Source: Octopus vulgaris
Lineage: Eukaryota
Direction: 5' to 3'
DNA: 64,000 nt
Assembly (NCBI GenBank): GCA_951406725.2
Contig: OX597814.1
Coordinates: forward strand, 50,716,001 to 50,780,000
A model generated the notes under the pieces. That model was not told where the DNA came from, made no database searches, and saw only the letters and a program-made list of their open reading frames with translations. Both the position numbers and the translations under genes were made by a program. Each line of letters begins with the position of its first letter. Position 1 is the stretch's first letter. This document shows positions 1 to 14,035 of the stretch, piece after piece.

Positions 1-270
1 CTAAGGTGTATGGGTGGGGAGAACGATCACTATTTAAGGAGAGAAACAAAAATGCATTCTGTAAAGAAAACGTTTGGAGGGTGACATGACGACGTAGTAA
101 TACTTACACGAAACTAATTGATGCCGAGGTCGCTAGAAATTCCTTTATTTACTCTTTGTCGTCTTTTATCTTTTATTGGTTTCAGTCATCAGACTGCAGC
201 CATGCTGGGACACCGCCCTGAAGAATTTTAAGTCGAGCGAATTGATCCCAGTGCTTTTTGTTTTGTTTTG

Positions 271-880
271 GGTACTTTTTGGTTATCTCACGCCCATTAA
301 AAACTTGTGTATATCTCCCCACTCCCCGTTATATGAAAAATATCGGTACTTTTGGTGAACTCCCACACCTAAAAAAAAATTGTTTAACCCTCAATGAAAG
401 AAAAAAAAGGAAAAATCAATAAACATAAAAACTGGAAAAATTAACAGGGAAACTAAAAAAAAATAGCAATAATAAATCTCTGAACGAGATGTAAACAGTA
501 ACTGCTCGACAACGTAAAGTATACTAGCCATCTCAATATGGCTAACCAAACCACTAAGGGTGGGTTAAAAGCTACAGTAACACCCACCCTTAGTGGTTAG
601 CCATATTGAGATGGCTAGTATACTTTACGTTAAAAAAATTAATAAACAGGAAAACTGAAAAAAATTAATCATCTTATTGAATCTAATAACAGTTTTATAA
701 CAATTCATACTATGCTTATTAAGGAGGCCAAACGTCAACAATGTGTTAAAGTATTGAATCGAAAGGATCTAACACTTTCAATCCAATCTCTTCTCCCGAC
801 AAACTCATTTTTTTAGTGGGAAGGTAACCCAATTTTTAATGGTAATTTTTTTAATGGGAGTGAGATAACCAAAAAGTACC
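271..880. mobile_element. Non-autonomous DNA transposon (MITE), Merlin-like
   Basis: ~33-bp TIRs GGTACTTTTTGGTTATCTCACGCCCATTAAAAA / TTTTTAATGGGAGTGAGATAACCAAAAAGTACC (1 mismatch). Flanking 8-bp direct repeat TTGTTTTG (263-270, 881-888). GGNRM termini with an 8-9 bp TSD are typical of Merlin. Confidence 0.7.
511..631. repeat. Near-perfect hairpin inside the MITE
   Basis: AACGTAAAGTATACTAGCCATCTCAATATGGCTAACC...ACTAAGGGTGGGT is mirrored by ACCCACCCTTAGTGGTTAGCCATATTGAGATGGCTAGTATACTTTACGTT. Confidence 0.9.
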
Positions 881-1164
881 TTGTTTTGTTGTTTTTTTTT
901 TAATCTGGTACTTATTCTACCGGTTTTTCTTTCATTTATTTTTTGTTGCTATATTACTGGGATGTAAACAAACCAACAACGGTGGTCAAGGGGCAGTTGT
1001 GCAGGAGAAACACGGTCACACACACACACACTCACACATACATATATATATATATATATATGCAATGTTATTACCAGTTCAAATAAGCCTGCGACACGTT
1101 CGGACCAGTAAGCAAGCCATTCGCTGTGCTTTATTTTTATGGGTGTTGTTTCTCGGTGTAGACA

Positions 1165-1208
1165 AATCAGCTCAGTGCCACCCGCTCAGACTGTGAGATA
1201 CTAGCGTT

Positions 1209-1261
<53 letters not shown>

Positions 1262-2520
1262 TGTCTTTTGACAAGAATTTATTTTTAGACAAGACGTGCT
1301 GTGAAGCCATCCTGAAAAACTGAAAAAGTTGACGTACGACCACAGGTAAGGCATTTGTCCTTTTTTGGGAGTTCAGTGGGAACTGTTGTTTATATTGGAT
1401 TAGTTTTTCGAACAAGGGTTTCCACTGGGTTCCAGGCATTTGTCTGCCAGTGGTCGTACAAAAAGTCTCACTTTATAGTAAGAATTATGTTTGTTTTCGG
1501 GGGGCGTATCCCCTCCAAAAAATTTTTGTTGTGAAAATTGTCTGTGCCTGGGATATTACGTTGGATTTAACAAAATAGAATTTTTTGCTGCAACTTCGAC
1601 AAGTGGATTACTTTGACAAGTGGAGTAGCGGAATTTGAACAGTCTTTTTGCCATGTTGAACTGTCTTTTTGCCATGTTGAACTGTCTTCCTTCGTTCTTT
1701 CTTCTCTGGTCTGTCTTTCTGCTCTGTTTTTTTTTTTTAATATTATTTTGATTTGGACATTTTGGACTTTTTATTTGTGACTTTTCACATTTGGTTTTTT
1801 CATCATTAATATGGCAACAAAGACTGAAAAAAATACTTTCTTGGAGTGGCGAATAGAGACCCCCAAGGAATAGGTTGAAAATTATTCGGAGAGAACGGTG
1901 GTGTTAAGGACATACTCTAAGGTCATTGACACCATCTCCGTCTTCTCCTGTAATGATATCGAAAATGAGCTGGCAGGGTACCTGACAACGTTTAGATTTA
2001 TCCGCAGGGGTGCAAAGTACGCAACGGGTGTGTGCTTTTCGACACTCCTGCGGGGGCTCAAAAATCTGTGAGCTAGCCCATTGAAGGGGAGAAAACTTTG
2101 TTTCTCCCCACCTATGGTGGGCAAAAATTTACAAGAGCCTGGGTGGGTTGGCTGCCACCTGGAATAGAAACTGAATGGATAGAAGGTACTATCCGTCGGG
2201 GTCTGGGTGGCAGCCCTGCCAGGTTCTTAAATGTAAAAATTTTGCCAGCGGCTGATTGGGTCCGGTCAAAAGCAATTTTGACCTTATGGACCCGATCAGC
2301 CTATGATCTGGTTCTACCAGATTTTTTAACATTGGTCGGTTCCAGGTACCTGCTGATAGTTGAGGGACGCCCCCCCCCCCCAAGTGTCACCTGTACCTGG
2401 AATCGGGCCACATAAAGAAAAACTGTCGCTGGGACTGGGCAAATGCTCTGGAACAGTTACTTGATAAAAAACTCTCTGTTCCCCCAACGGAGCACCAGTG
2501 TATCATATGTCCGAAAAAGC
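1165..2520 (+). mobile_element. L1/Tx1-clade LINE 5' remnant (5'UTR plus decayed ORF1)
   Basis: ATG at 1811 opens a frame broken by stops and frameshifts (MATKTEKNTFLEWRIE...LFLPTYGGQKFTRAWVGWLPPGIETEWI...YLLIVEGRPP). It ends in a degenerate gag-type knuckle CHLYLESGHIKKNC at ~2385-2427. Confidence 0.7.
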
Positions 2521-2568
2521 AGCACACTCTAAAGCATTCATAAGACGCTTAGCCCTATGGACAACTTA

Positions 2569-2626
2569 AGTCTGACGAGTTGTCCATAGCGCTAAGCGCC
2601 TTATGGATTCGAAACCATTGGTCATT
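2569..2626 (+). ncRNA. Degenerate minimal type I hammerhead ribozyme (Penelope-like element type)
   Basis: CTGACGA (2572-2578); stem II G..TCCATA-GCGC-TAA-GCGC..TATGGA..C; GAAA (2611-2614); stem III ACCA-T-TGGT; GTC site at 2621-2623; short stem I. Confidence 0.6.
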
Positions 2627-2782
2627 CCATGACCGGACATATACTTAACTGCATGTAAATATAGATATATTAAAATCAATCATAAAAAGAAGTCGTGTTA
2701 TGATTCAAAAGGCTTCAGTTTATATAAAGAAAATATTCGACTTAAAGAATATATTACTTTTACCTACATTTGAAAGCAGAAA

Positions 2783-2975
2783 TGTTTGTGTTTGTTTCCC
2801 CTCTCCACAGCTTGACAACTGGTGTTAGTTTGTTTACGTCCCCGTAACTCAGGGATTGAACAATAGAAACCAATAGACTTTAAAGAACTAAGCACTTGGG
2901 GGTTGATCTGTTTGACTAAACCTACAAGTCAGGACCCCAGCATGGGCGCAGTTTGAAACAGGTAAAAAGTAAAAG
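2783..2975 (+). mobile_element. SINE family A 3' fragment
   Basis: CTTGACAACTGGTGTTAGTTTGTTTACGTCCCCGTAACT...CCCCAGCATGG matches other copies. Confidence 0.7.
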
Positions 2976-3061
2976 GTATTCTATCAACTTTTCCCATATA
3001 AATTGCTTTCACTTTTGTAGGGTAACCAACCTTTCATACAGTATTGCCGATTAGAAGGAAC

Positions 3062-3093
3062 ATTGCTGCTGCTGCTACTACTGCTGCTTGTGG

Positions 3094-3145
<52 letters not shown>

Positions 3146-3191
3146 GGTGGTGGTGGTGGTGGTGGTGGTGGTGGTGGTGGTGGTGGTGATG
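3062..3191. repeat. Compound trinucleotide microsatellite (GCT)n(GAT)n(GGT)n
   Basis: Read directly from the sequence. Confidence 0.95.
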
Positions 3192-3434
3192 AGAACAATG
3201 AAGCTAGCGATGCTTTCTCTAATATTATTGTTGTTGCTGATCAAACAAACCTATGTTTTAAATGAATTTAACCGTGACCATCACATCTTTTTTTCTATAT
3301 CCATAACTATCATAATTATGAAATGTGTTTTTTTTTGTTTTGTTTTTTTATTTAAGGCTGGTAGGTTGTGATTTGATGAGACTTGGCTATTCCTATCAGT
3401 CTGAATGTTATTGTTTTGTAGTGTACAGCACCGT

Positions 3435-4016
3435 TGGTGAGTTGGCAGAATCGTTAGCACACCGGCCGAAATGCTTAGCGGTATTTCGTCTGCTGTTACG
3501 TTCTGAGTTCAAATTCCGCCGAGGTCGACTTTGCCTTTCATCCTTTCGGGGTCGATTAAATAAGTACCAGTTACGCTCTGGGGTCGATATAATCGACTTA
3601 ATCCGGTTGTCTGTCCTTGTTTGTCCTTTCTGTGTTTCGCCCCTTGTGGGTAGTAAAGAAATAGGTATTTCGTCTGCCGCTATGTTCTGAGTTCAAATTC
3701 CGCCGAGGTCAACTTTGCCTTTCATCCTTTCGGGGTCGATTAAATAAGTACCAGTTACGCACTGGGGTCGATATAATCGACTTAATCCGGTTGTCTGTCC
3801 TTGTTTGTCCCCTCTGTGTCTAGCCCTTTGTGGGCAGTAAAGAAATAGGTATTTCGTCTGTCTTTACGTTCGGAGTTCAAATTCCGCCGAGGTCGACTTT
3901 GCCTTTCATCCTTTCGGGGTCGATAAATTAAGTAACAGTTGCGTACTGTGGTTGATCTAATTGACTGGCCCCCTCCCACAAAAATTTCGGGCGTTGTGCC
4001 GAGAGTAGAAAAGAAT
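3435..4016 (+). mobile_element. tRNA-derived SINE family B, three tandem 184-bp units
   Basis: GTATTTCGTCTG recurs at 3481, 3665 and 3849. Each unit has a B-box-like GAGTTCAAATTCC and the core GCCTTTCATCCTTTCGGGGTCGAT..AAGTACCAG, which resembles the Meta/MESC SINE domain as recalled. Confidence 0.85.
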
Positions 4017-4364
4017 ATTGGCAGCGAATATACTTTTATTTATCAATTATTATAAATGGTTCTGTTGATGATGATGATGATGATGATGATGACGAAAACA
4101 ATAATAAGAGTTGTTTGTACTTTTATATTTGATAATTTTGTTCCAAGACATTCAATACAATTATTGCATTGATAAATTTTATAAACCCTAATGATTCAAC
4201 TAGGAATACGAACTGAAATACATTATATGATATTGTTGAACGCTTGTATGAGAAAGGTGTTTTGAACACTCCTGAGACCTAACTTTCGTCAAATAACTCC
4301 CGATATTATTCTACAGTCATAAAATTATAGTCATAAAACAGTAAATATATATTTCTTTATATAT

Positions 4365-4446
4365 TTGTGCGCGCGTGTTGTGTATGTGTATACGTGTGTG
4401 TATGCGTGTGTCTTTGTATGTGTGTGTCTATTTCTTTCTCTCTCTT

Positions 4447-4486
<40 letters not shown>

Positions 4487-4700
4487 TCTACATATATATA
4501 TATATGTGTGTGTGTGTATGTGTGTGTGTGTATGTGTGTGTGTGTGTGTATGTATGTATGTACGTACATACGTACGTACGTATGTATGTATGGATGGATG
4601 GATGTATATATATGTATATATATATATGACGTGATGCATGTATGAATATATGTATATCTATATATATGTATGTGTGTGTATGTGTGTGTATGAATATATT
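4365..4700. repeat. Compound (TG)n/(TC)n/(TA)n/(TATG)n microsatellite
   Basis: Read directly from the sequence. Confidence 0.95.
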
Positions 4701-4948
4701 CTTTTATTCATTTACTTGTTTCAGTTATTTGACTGCAGCCATGCTGGAGCACAGCCTTTAGTCGAACAAATTATTTGTAAGCCTAGTACTTATTCCATCG
4801 GTCTCTTTTTGCCGAACCGTTAAGTTACAGGGATGTGAACACATCAGCAGCGGTCGTCAAGCGATGGTGGGGTGACAAATACAGACACACAAATACATAC
4901 ATACATATACATATACATATATATATATATATAGTGACCACTCTCTTA

Positions 4949-5017
<69 letters not shown>

Positions 5018-5170
5018 GACTGGCTTCTTTCAGTTTCCCTCTACCAAATCCACTCACAAGGCTTTATTCGGCCCGAGACTATAGTAGAAGACACTTGCCC
5101 AAGGTGCCACGCGGTGGGACTGAACCCGAAACCATATGGTTGGGAAGCGAGCTTCTTACCACACAGCCAC
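4700..5170 (-). mobile_element. SINE family A, near full length
   Basis: Reverse complement has A box TGGCTGTGTGG, B box GGTTCAGTCC, CORE-like GGCACCTTGGGCAAGT, an internal (TA)n and the family tail. Confidence 0.9.
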
Positions 5171-5479
5171 AAATATATGTATGTATGCATGTATAATATA
5201 ATATACATACATAATATACATACATGGAAAATATTTCTATTTACTGATTTAATGAGCGTGTGCAGAAAAAACTGTTTCTTTATTGAGCATATGACATTTT
5301 CTCTTTCATTCCAAAGTGCATCCATGTCTTTTGGTCTCTTGCTAAAAGGTTATCTCTTAACTTTGGAGAAGCCTCTTTCTTGCTATACTTCGACTAAGCA
5401 AACTCTATAAGTCGCAGTCACCCACCGATTATATATTTGCTGTTTGTTTGGGTTCCAACTCAACTTCGCTTGACTACAC

Positions 5480-5994
5480 ACACGCACAAACCTGAAAACC
5501 TTTAATAAAATTTCCCTTATTCACAGAGTTATCAAAACCAAAACTCCGATTTGTTCAAGCAAATAAAATAACACAGATTGTCGTAGTGTTCTTCCCATTA
5601 TTTTCAAATAGTGTGCCCCAAATTTACAAACTATGCACGTTAAAACTCTTCGATATTTTTCTCTGTAGAAAGATAAAGTCCTCACCCTATCCTCTGAAAT
5701 AATTTACAGTATTTCCGGTCCTCAATGAAAGCAATCTTTCCGATTATGCCTTTTACCTATTGTCCATTATCACTTACTAACATCTTGGAGATGATGAAGA
5801 TAGTTGTCAGCAAATTCTTTCATCTTTTTGAGTCGCTTTCTCTTCTGTACAGTTTTTGAACAACCAGATATATTGGAGATTTGTTCATCAATGTCAGGCA
5901 CCAGTGAATTCTACACTAGAGAACTGCACTAAAAGCAATGCTGTTACTTTAAGCATGAGCAAAACTTTTTATCTCTCTCTCTCTTTCTCTCTCT

Positions 5995-6038
<44 letters not shown>

Positions 6039-7420
6039 TCTCTCTGAGTCTTTCTTTCAGACCGTTCTTTCAAAGTTAATGGACTCTCTTCGACCACATT
6101 CTATTGATTCTGGGATACTTCACATTTCAGTTATGTCTTCTACAGTATTCCTTCTTTACAATAATAACTGAATTGCTCTTATTTCTAACCGCAATGTTTC
6201 CTTCACAGATAGTATCAACTTTCACTCTTCTTTTAACCTTCACACACAGATATATCATCAGCAACAATCTAGGCACTTCACATCAATCTTTCACTGCTGC
6301 CTTACATAGAAATCGGAGAAACATCTTCCAACGAGGACGCAAGAATCCAGTCTTCTTCAACAGTTCCAAAACAAAATATCTTGACATTAAAAAAGAGAAA
6401 ACTCATCTCTAATAAATATTCTACGTTCCATATTGCTTTATAGGTCTCTCAATCTCTTGTGGTATCGCTTGATGAACACACATCTAGGGTATACTGAAAG
6501 CAAGGTCTCGAAAGTTAGAGTTCATTTTCAGAGTTGTAAAATATTTCAGCCTTCAAAAATTTACTGTCTCCTACACAATACCCACAAAAACGTCCCAAAT
6601 ATTAGGGATTACGTTACTGCTACACTAACAAATATCCTAGAACTCATCCAATAAAAAACCAATTAGCTGATTAGAAAAGATTTCCTCAAAAGATTACTGC
6701 AGCCATAAGTCGACAGATGTGCTGTCTAGTCTATTCAGGGCTAAAAAGTACATCTGCTCTGTTATGCTGCTGTCTCTCAGCAAGACACCAGTGTTGTCAA
6801 CATTACGTCAACATTACCGGCATAACTAAAACAGCTACTTACATAAATAATTGTAGGTCGATTTCCATCCACCTAATAAGCAAACCTTTACTTGCCGACC
6901 TAACGAAGGAATTTCAGCTTGGTCGCTGGACCTATTAGAAATAGCAGCCAAACCTCACTTAAATCATACCTAACTTTTGTTTCTCTATATGAAAAAATGA
7001 CATTGAATAATGTAACCCAAGACACACTACTAAAAAGATGAGGTAGTCACGGCTGGAATACCCTTCGCTATACGTTTGCTTGAACACAATCGACCTGGTG
7101 CTTCACAAAGCCATTACTCATCACTGCTCCAGTCAATAGATCCCTGCTAAATTCTTCGAGTGTTTATTTTACCATTATTAACACAGTTCCTGCTACGCAA
7201 CACTTTCAAATTGTATACCAGCCTCGCTCAAATCTAATTTCATGTCCTTACTTCTCTGTTTGTGAGCCCCTCGTATATCACCCTCTAACTCTGTACTAAA
7301 ATCTTTCTCAAACCCTTCATTCCCAGAATAGCAGCATTCTAAAACTCTTATCCTTTTCACGTTCGCTTAACTGAGAGTTTTGCTAAAATTTTAAGCTGAA
7401 AATTAACCGCTGTGACCTCA
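5480..7420 (+). mobile_element. Highly decayed CR1/L2/Jockey-group LINE ORF2 (RT) remnant, interrupted by (TC)n and an old SINE
   Basis: Translated fragments such as NIFQRGRKNPVFFNSSKTKYL (cf. I..WG..N.V.FN.SKT) and a C-terminal PFIPRIAAF*NS (cf. SFIPRT..LWNSLP). Confidence 0.6.
6860..7110 (+). mobile_element. Old SINE-like family D (related copies ~17265-17460 minus, ~31350-31545 plus)
   Basis: Shared motifs TGGTCGCT..TAGAAATAGCAGCCAAA and GGCTGGAAT.CC.TT.AT.ATAGGTTTGCT. Confidence 0.5.
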
Positions 7421-7502
7421 GTAGTCTGGAAGAGCATTACAGAGATATGGCTATTGCACCTGCCCCTTTAGTTCACGTTAGTATTTTTGTTACCTCTATA
7501 CA

Positions 7503-7675
7503 AAGGCGTAGCTAGAGTACGTGCCATCCGAAGCAGCTCATGAGTTGGTACACTACCCCGAGTCCCCAAAGTGATACAGGCTTAAACAGCAGACCCAAAA
7601 GTATCGTCTCCATAAAAGCATCGCTCAGGGCGGACTGCCCTCTCGCCCCTTCAACCACCACTAGCTACGCTACTC
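7503..7675. mobile_element. Possible small hAT-like MITE
   Basis: Inverted termini GCGTAGCTAG / CTAGCTACGC; no clear TSD. Confidence 0.4.
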
Positions 7676-8016
7676 ACTGTGTATCAACTTTGCTGTCCAT
7701 AACTAGAGTCTATAGGATGGGGAGGGATTATCCGGTATATCGTCCACAGTCCAGAGATTCAAAGGAAGAGTCTGCTTGCACTTCTCTAAAAATAACTGTC
7801 ACAACTCTCTTCAATTTTGAGACGATACCTTTCCCCATCCAGGAACCTGAAAGCAGTTTTGTTCAGCCTTACTAAAATTCTCTTGAACTACATTATTTTA
7901 TGTCTTTTTGCCTTATTTACAACTTCAGGATGTGTTTTCAGGAAGAGTCGGCTGCTAATTTTCACGTTTCCTCAGAGGTGCAAAAATAGAAAAATAGCTA
8001 GTGGTGATTCAGATAT

Positions 8017-8087
<71 letters not shown>

Positions 8088-8089
<2 letters not shown>

Positions 8090-8685
8090 CCGCTGACAAA
8101 TGGTATAAACATCATCCTGAAGCTGTGACTGAGGGAGAAAATGTGTCGATTCTATGGGACTTCCCCGTGCAGACCGACAGGACTATAAAAGCCAATAAGC
8201 CGGATATCATTATAAAAGATCAGACAAAAAGGATGTGTTTATTAATTGACATGAGTATTCCCTGTGATCACAATATAGCGGCGAAAGAATTTGACAAGAT
8301 TAGTAAATATAAGGACCTGCTAATGGAAATTGAAAAAATGTGGCATCTCAAGACGACTACAGTACCAGTGGTTGTAGGATCTCTAGGAATGATAAAAAAA
8401 AGGTACTGAAACCTATTTGAAAATGATTCCAGGCTTACCATCCCTACAGGAAGTGCAAAAAATCGTATTAACTGGAACGGCTCATGTACTGAGAAGAGCA
8501 CTATCGTTGTGAAAATAACATCCCTCCATGAATTTATTTATTTATTTATTAATTTTTAAATACATATTTTATCTGTGAATTTGCGCGTTTAATCTGGAAA
8601 TGCATACAATGACCTTCTCTGCCCTAGGTGTATGGAAAACACTCGGCGAGAAACGGAAGAAAATTTGAAGAAAGAAGGAAAAAAC

Positions 8686-8686
<1 letters not shown>
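8088..8686 (+). mobile_element. 5'-truncated R4/Dong-clade non-LTR retrotransposon (restriction-like endonuclease domain plus 3'UTR) in a (TAA)n tract
   Basis: WYKHHPEAVTEGENVSILWDFPVQTDRTIKANKPDIII...IDMSIP...KYKDL..EIEKMW...VPVVVGSLG, then a frameshift in an A-run, then LQEVQKIVLTGTAHVLRRALSL* (stop 8510-8512). (TAA)n on both sides. Confidence 0.9.
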
Positions 8687-8760
<74 letters not shown>

Positions 8761-9184
8761 GTAATAATAACAATAATAATGTTTCGGCTTTGGATTTGGT
8801 TTGGTTTGCAAGATTCTTTATATGAGTTCGTGTCTTGAAGCATATTCTGTTGTGTCTGGGGAGAGTCATTCTCTTTTAGTGCCTTATTATTTAACACACT
8901 CACCGGTAAAATTTCCACTTATTTAAATAATAATAAGGCACTAAGAGAGAATGACTCTCCCCAGACACAACAGAACAATAATAATAATAATCCTTTCTAC
9001 TATTCTTGAAAAATCTGTTTTTTATTAATGGTGTAGAAACAGTTGTAATTTACTAGATGTGTCATTTGCTTATATAACATAATGAAATTGAATTGAATTT
9101 ATCATTTAATAATTAAATTATTTAATTGTTCAATTTATTATTATTTTGGTTTCTTTTTCTAATTTATATATATATATATTTATA

Positions 9185-9333
9185 TGATTCCCGTTTCAGC
9201 TTCCATCTGTCAAATCCACTCGCAAGGCTTTCGTCGCTAGAATACATTTGCCGCTCAAGGTGCCATACTGTGGAGCAGGACCTGCAATCACGTGATTGGG
9301 AAGCAGACTTCTTTACCACACAGCCATGCCTGC
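9185..9333 (-). mobile_element. SINE family A 5' half (diverged)
   Basis: CAAATCCACTCGCAAGGCTTT...CAAGGTGCCA...TACCACACAGCCATGCCTGC. Confidence 0.7.
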
Positions 9334-9599
9334 ACTTATGTAGAGGACTCATTTCTGTTTCACAGCGAAAAATAATTATAAGTACTCGGAATCTAAAACA
9401 ATGCAATTGATCTCAGCAACTTCTAGGGAAGGAACCTTCTATAAATTAGAAAACAATTTCGTCTTAGCTACTCGTTATTAATTTATTGAATAAGGCAGAA
9501 ATGAAGACTTCTACTTTTAGTTTACCGATACCTGGTCAGAACTGAAACAAGCAGCGATTCAGAAAGTTTAGTGTAATATTAATTGTTAAATTTGTACTT

Positions 9600-12312
<2,713 letters not shown>

Positions 12313-12504
12313 GAAAGGAAATACATTATTGCATAACTGAAAGTGGAAAAAAATAAATTCATTGCAATAAATACAAAAATAATTAAAATTACTGGATGTA
12401 CTCTATCAACCTTAACAATGATCTGAGAGCCGTTTTGCATCATCGTTTGATCTGCTAAAAATAGTAAGCAATTGTGTCTTGCGAGAGGTACAGCTTATTT
12501 TTTA

Positions 12505-12830
12505 GGCGCAGGCGTGGCCGTGCGGTTCCGGGTTCAGTCCTAATGCGTGGCATCTTGGGCAAGTGTCTTCTACTATAGCCTTGGGCTATCTAAAGTTTTG
12601 TGAATGGATTTGGTAGTCAGAAACTGAAAGAAGCCCATAGTATATACACGTATGTTTGTCTGTACCCAAACGTCGCTTGACAACCGGTGTTGGTATATTT
12701 ACGTCCCCGTAACTTAGCGGTTCAGCAATAAAGACCCATAGAATAAGTACTGAGGTCGATTACTTTGACTAACATTCCAAGGCGTTGCCCCCGCATGGTC
12801 GCAGTCAAATAACTGAAACGAGCAAAAGAT
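12505..12830 (+). mobile_element. SINE family A
   Basis: GGCGCAGGCGTGGCCGTG..GGTTCAGTCC..CTTGGGCAAGTGTCTTCTACTATAGCC... family tail. Confidence 0.85.
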
Positions 12831-12907
12831 ATAAGATTAATCTCTTTGAAATCATATGATAACGAGATCTTCAGTTTCCTTTGCATCGTCAGACTTTTCA
12901 AATTTTA

Positions 12908-13786
12908 CGTGATCTGATCAATAAATATTCGGACTGTTATCATAGTTACGAAGCTAAAGCATGAAACGTGAAGCCGCGTGGTACAGATTACCTCGAACTC
13001 TGCTGCGCATGTGTACTAAGTTTTAATGTTCTACATCACTTCCGCTGTTTACAGTAGTGTTTGGAAGGAAGGTATGTAGCGTGTGATCCTCGCATTGACC
13101 ATGACAAAGAAAGGTGAGGTGAGAATCTGCATCAAATTTTTTCAAAAGCTTGGCGATACCTGCTCAGAGACCTACGCAAAGGTTTCAAAAACTTTCCGTC
13201 ATTCTCGACACAATCAATGAGATCTTGTGCAACTGAAACCCGAGTGTATTCTTGGTCAGCTGAAAACAGTTTTGGCACAAACTTGGCAGACATGCGTCTC
13301 ATACCCAAATCTTCAGTGATAATGGACTGAACTGAACCGTAACTAATCAGCACATCCTCTGATAACTCACGGATGGTGATTCGATGATTTCCCCTTACAG
13401 CTGCACTCACATCTGCGATGTTTTTCTCAGTTCTGCTGGTTGCGGATCTCCTAAAATGTTCGTCAATATCGATATTTTTTCGTCTGAAACACTCGTACAC
13501 TTATGTGCGGCTCATACACTGCTCTCTATACACTTTCTGCAACTCTGCATAGGCCTCTAAGCAGGTATCGCCATGACAACTTTCTGTGTCATGGTCAATG
13601 CGATGATCACACGCTACACACCTTCCTTCTAAACAGCGCTGTAAACAGCGGAAGTGAGCTAGAACGTTGAAACTTAGTGCGCATATACAGTAGAGTTCAA
13701 GGTCAATTTTTGCCAAGCGGCTTTACTTTATGTGCTTTAGATTCGTTGATATGGCAACAGTCTTGATACTTATTGATCAGACTTCG
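12908..13786 (-). mobile_element. Defective mariner transposon with fold-back ends
   Basis: TA on both sides (12906-07, 13787-88). TIRs CGTGATCTGATCAATAAATAT / ATACTTATTGATCAGACTTCG. Minus-strand transposase N-terminus ...RITIRELSEDVLISYGSVQSIITEDLGMRRMSAKFVPKLFS (WVPHEL-equivalent motif); catalytic domain absent. Confidence 0.9.
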
Positions 13787-13859
13787 TATACACTAATGTA
13801 ATTTTGCATGCCAATGACAAAAAGCACTTACAATTTTCATAGTAGTTAATAATTGTTTC

Positions 13860-14035
13860 TTATTGTAGTACAAGGTCAGCAATTTTGAGGTGTGAGAAAG
13901 TTAATTACATTGACTCCAGTGCATTAACTGGTACTTCTTTTATCGCCCTCGAAGGGATACAAAACAAGGTCGACCTTGGCGGAATTTGAAATGAGAACGT
14001 AAAAACGGATGAAATGCCGCTAACCGATATGTTAA
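13860..14035 (-). mobile_element. SINE family B (diverged)
   Basis: ACTGGTACTT..TATCG..CGAAGGGAT..GGTCGACCTTGGCGGAATTTGAA. Confidence 0.75.

Larger units (their letters stand above)
160..1020 (-). mobile_element. tRNA-derived SINE family A, 3' half, split by a Merlin-type MITE
   Basis: TTTCAGTCATCAGACTGCAGCCATGCTGG at ~180-208 and GGTACTTATTCTACCGG...GATGTAAACAAACCAACAACGG at ~907-982 match the reverse complement of the family-A copies at 33703 and 57601. Confidence 0.75.

Noticed and set aside
3481-4016. 184-bp tandem units as a retrozyme or CRISPR-like array
   Set aside because: No hammerhead core and no unique spacers; the units are SINE bodies.
12860-12900. CTGACGA...GAAA on the minus strand
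   Set aside because: Stems I-III do not pair; not a hammerhead.
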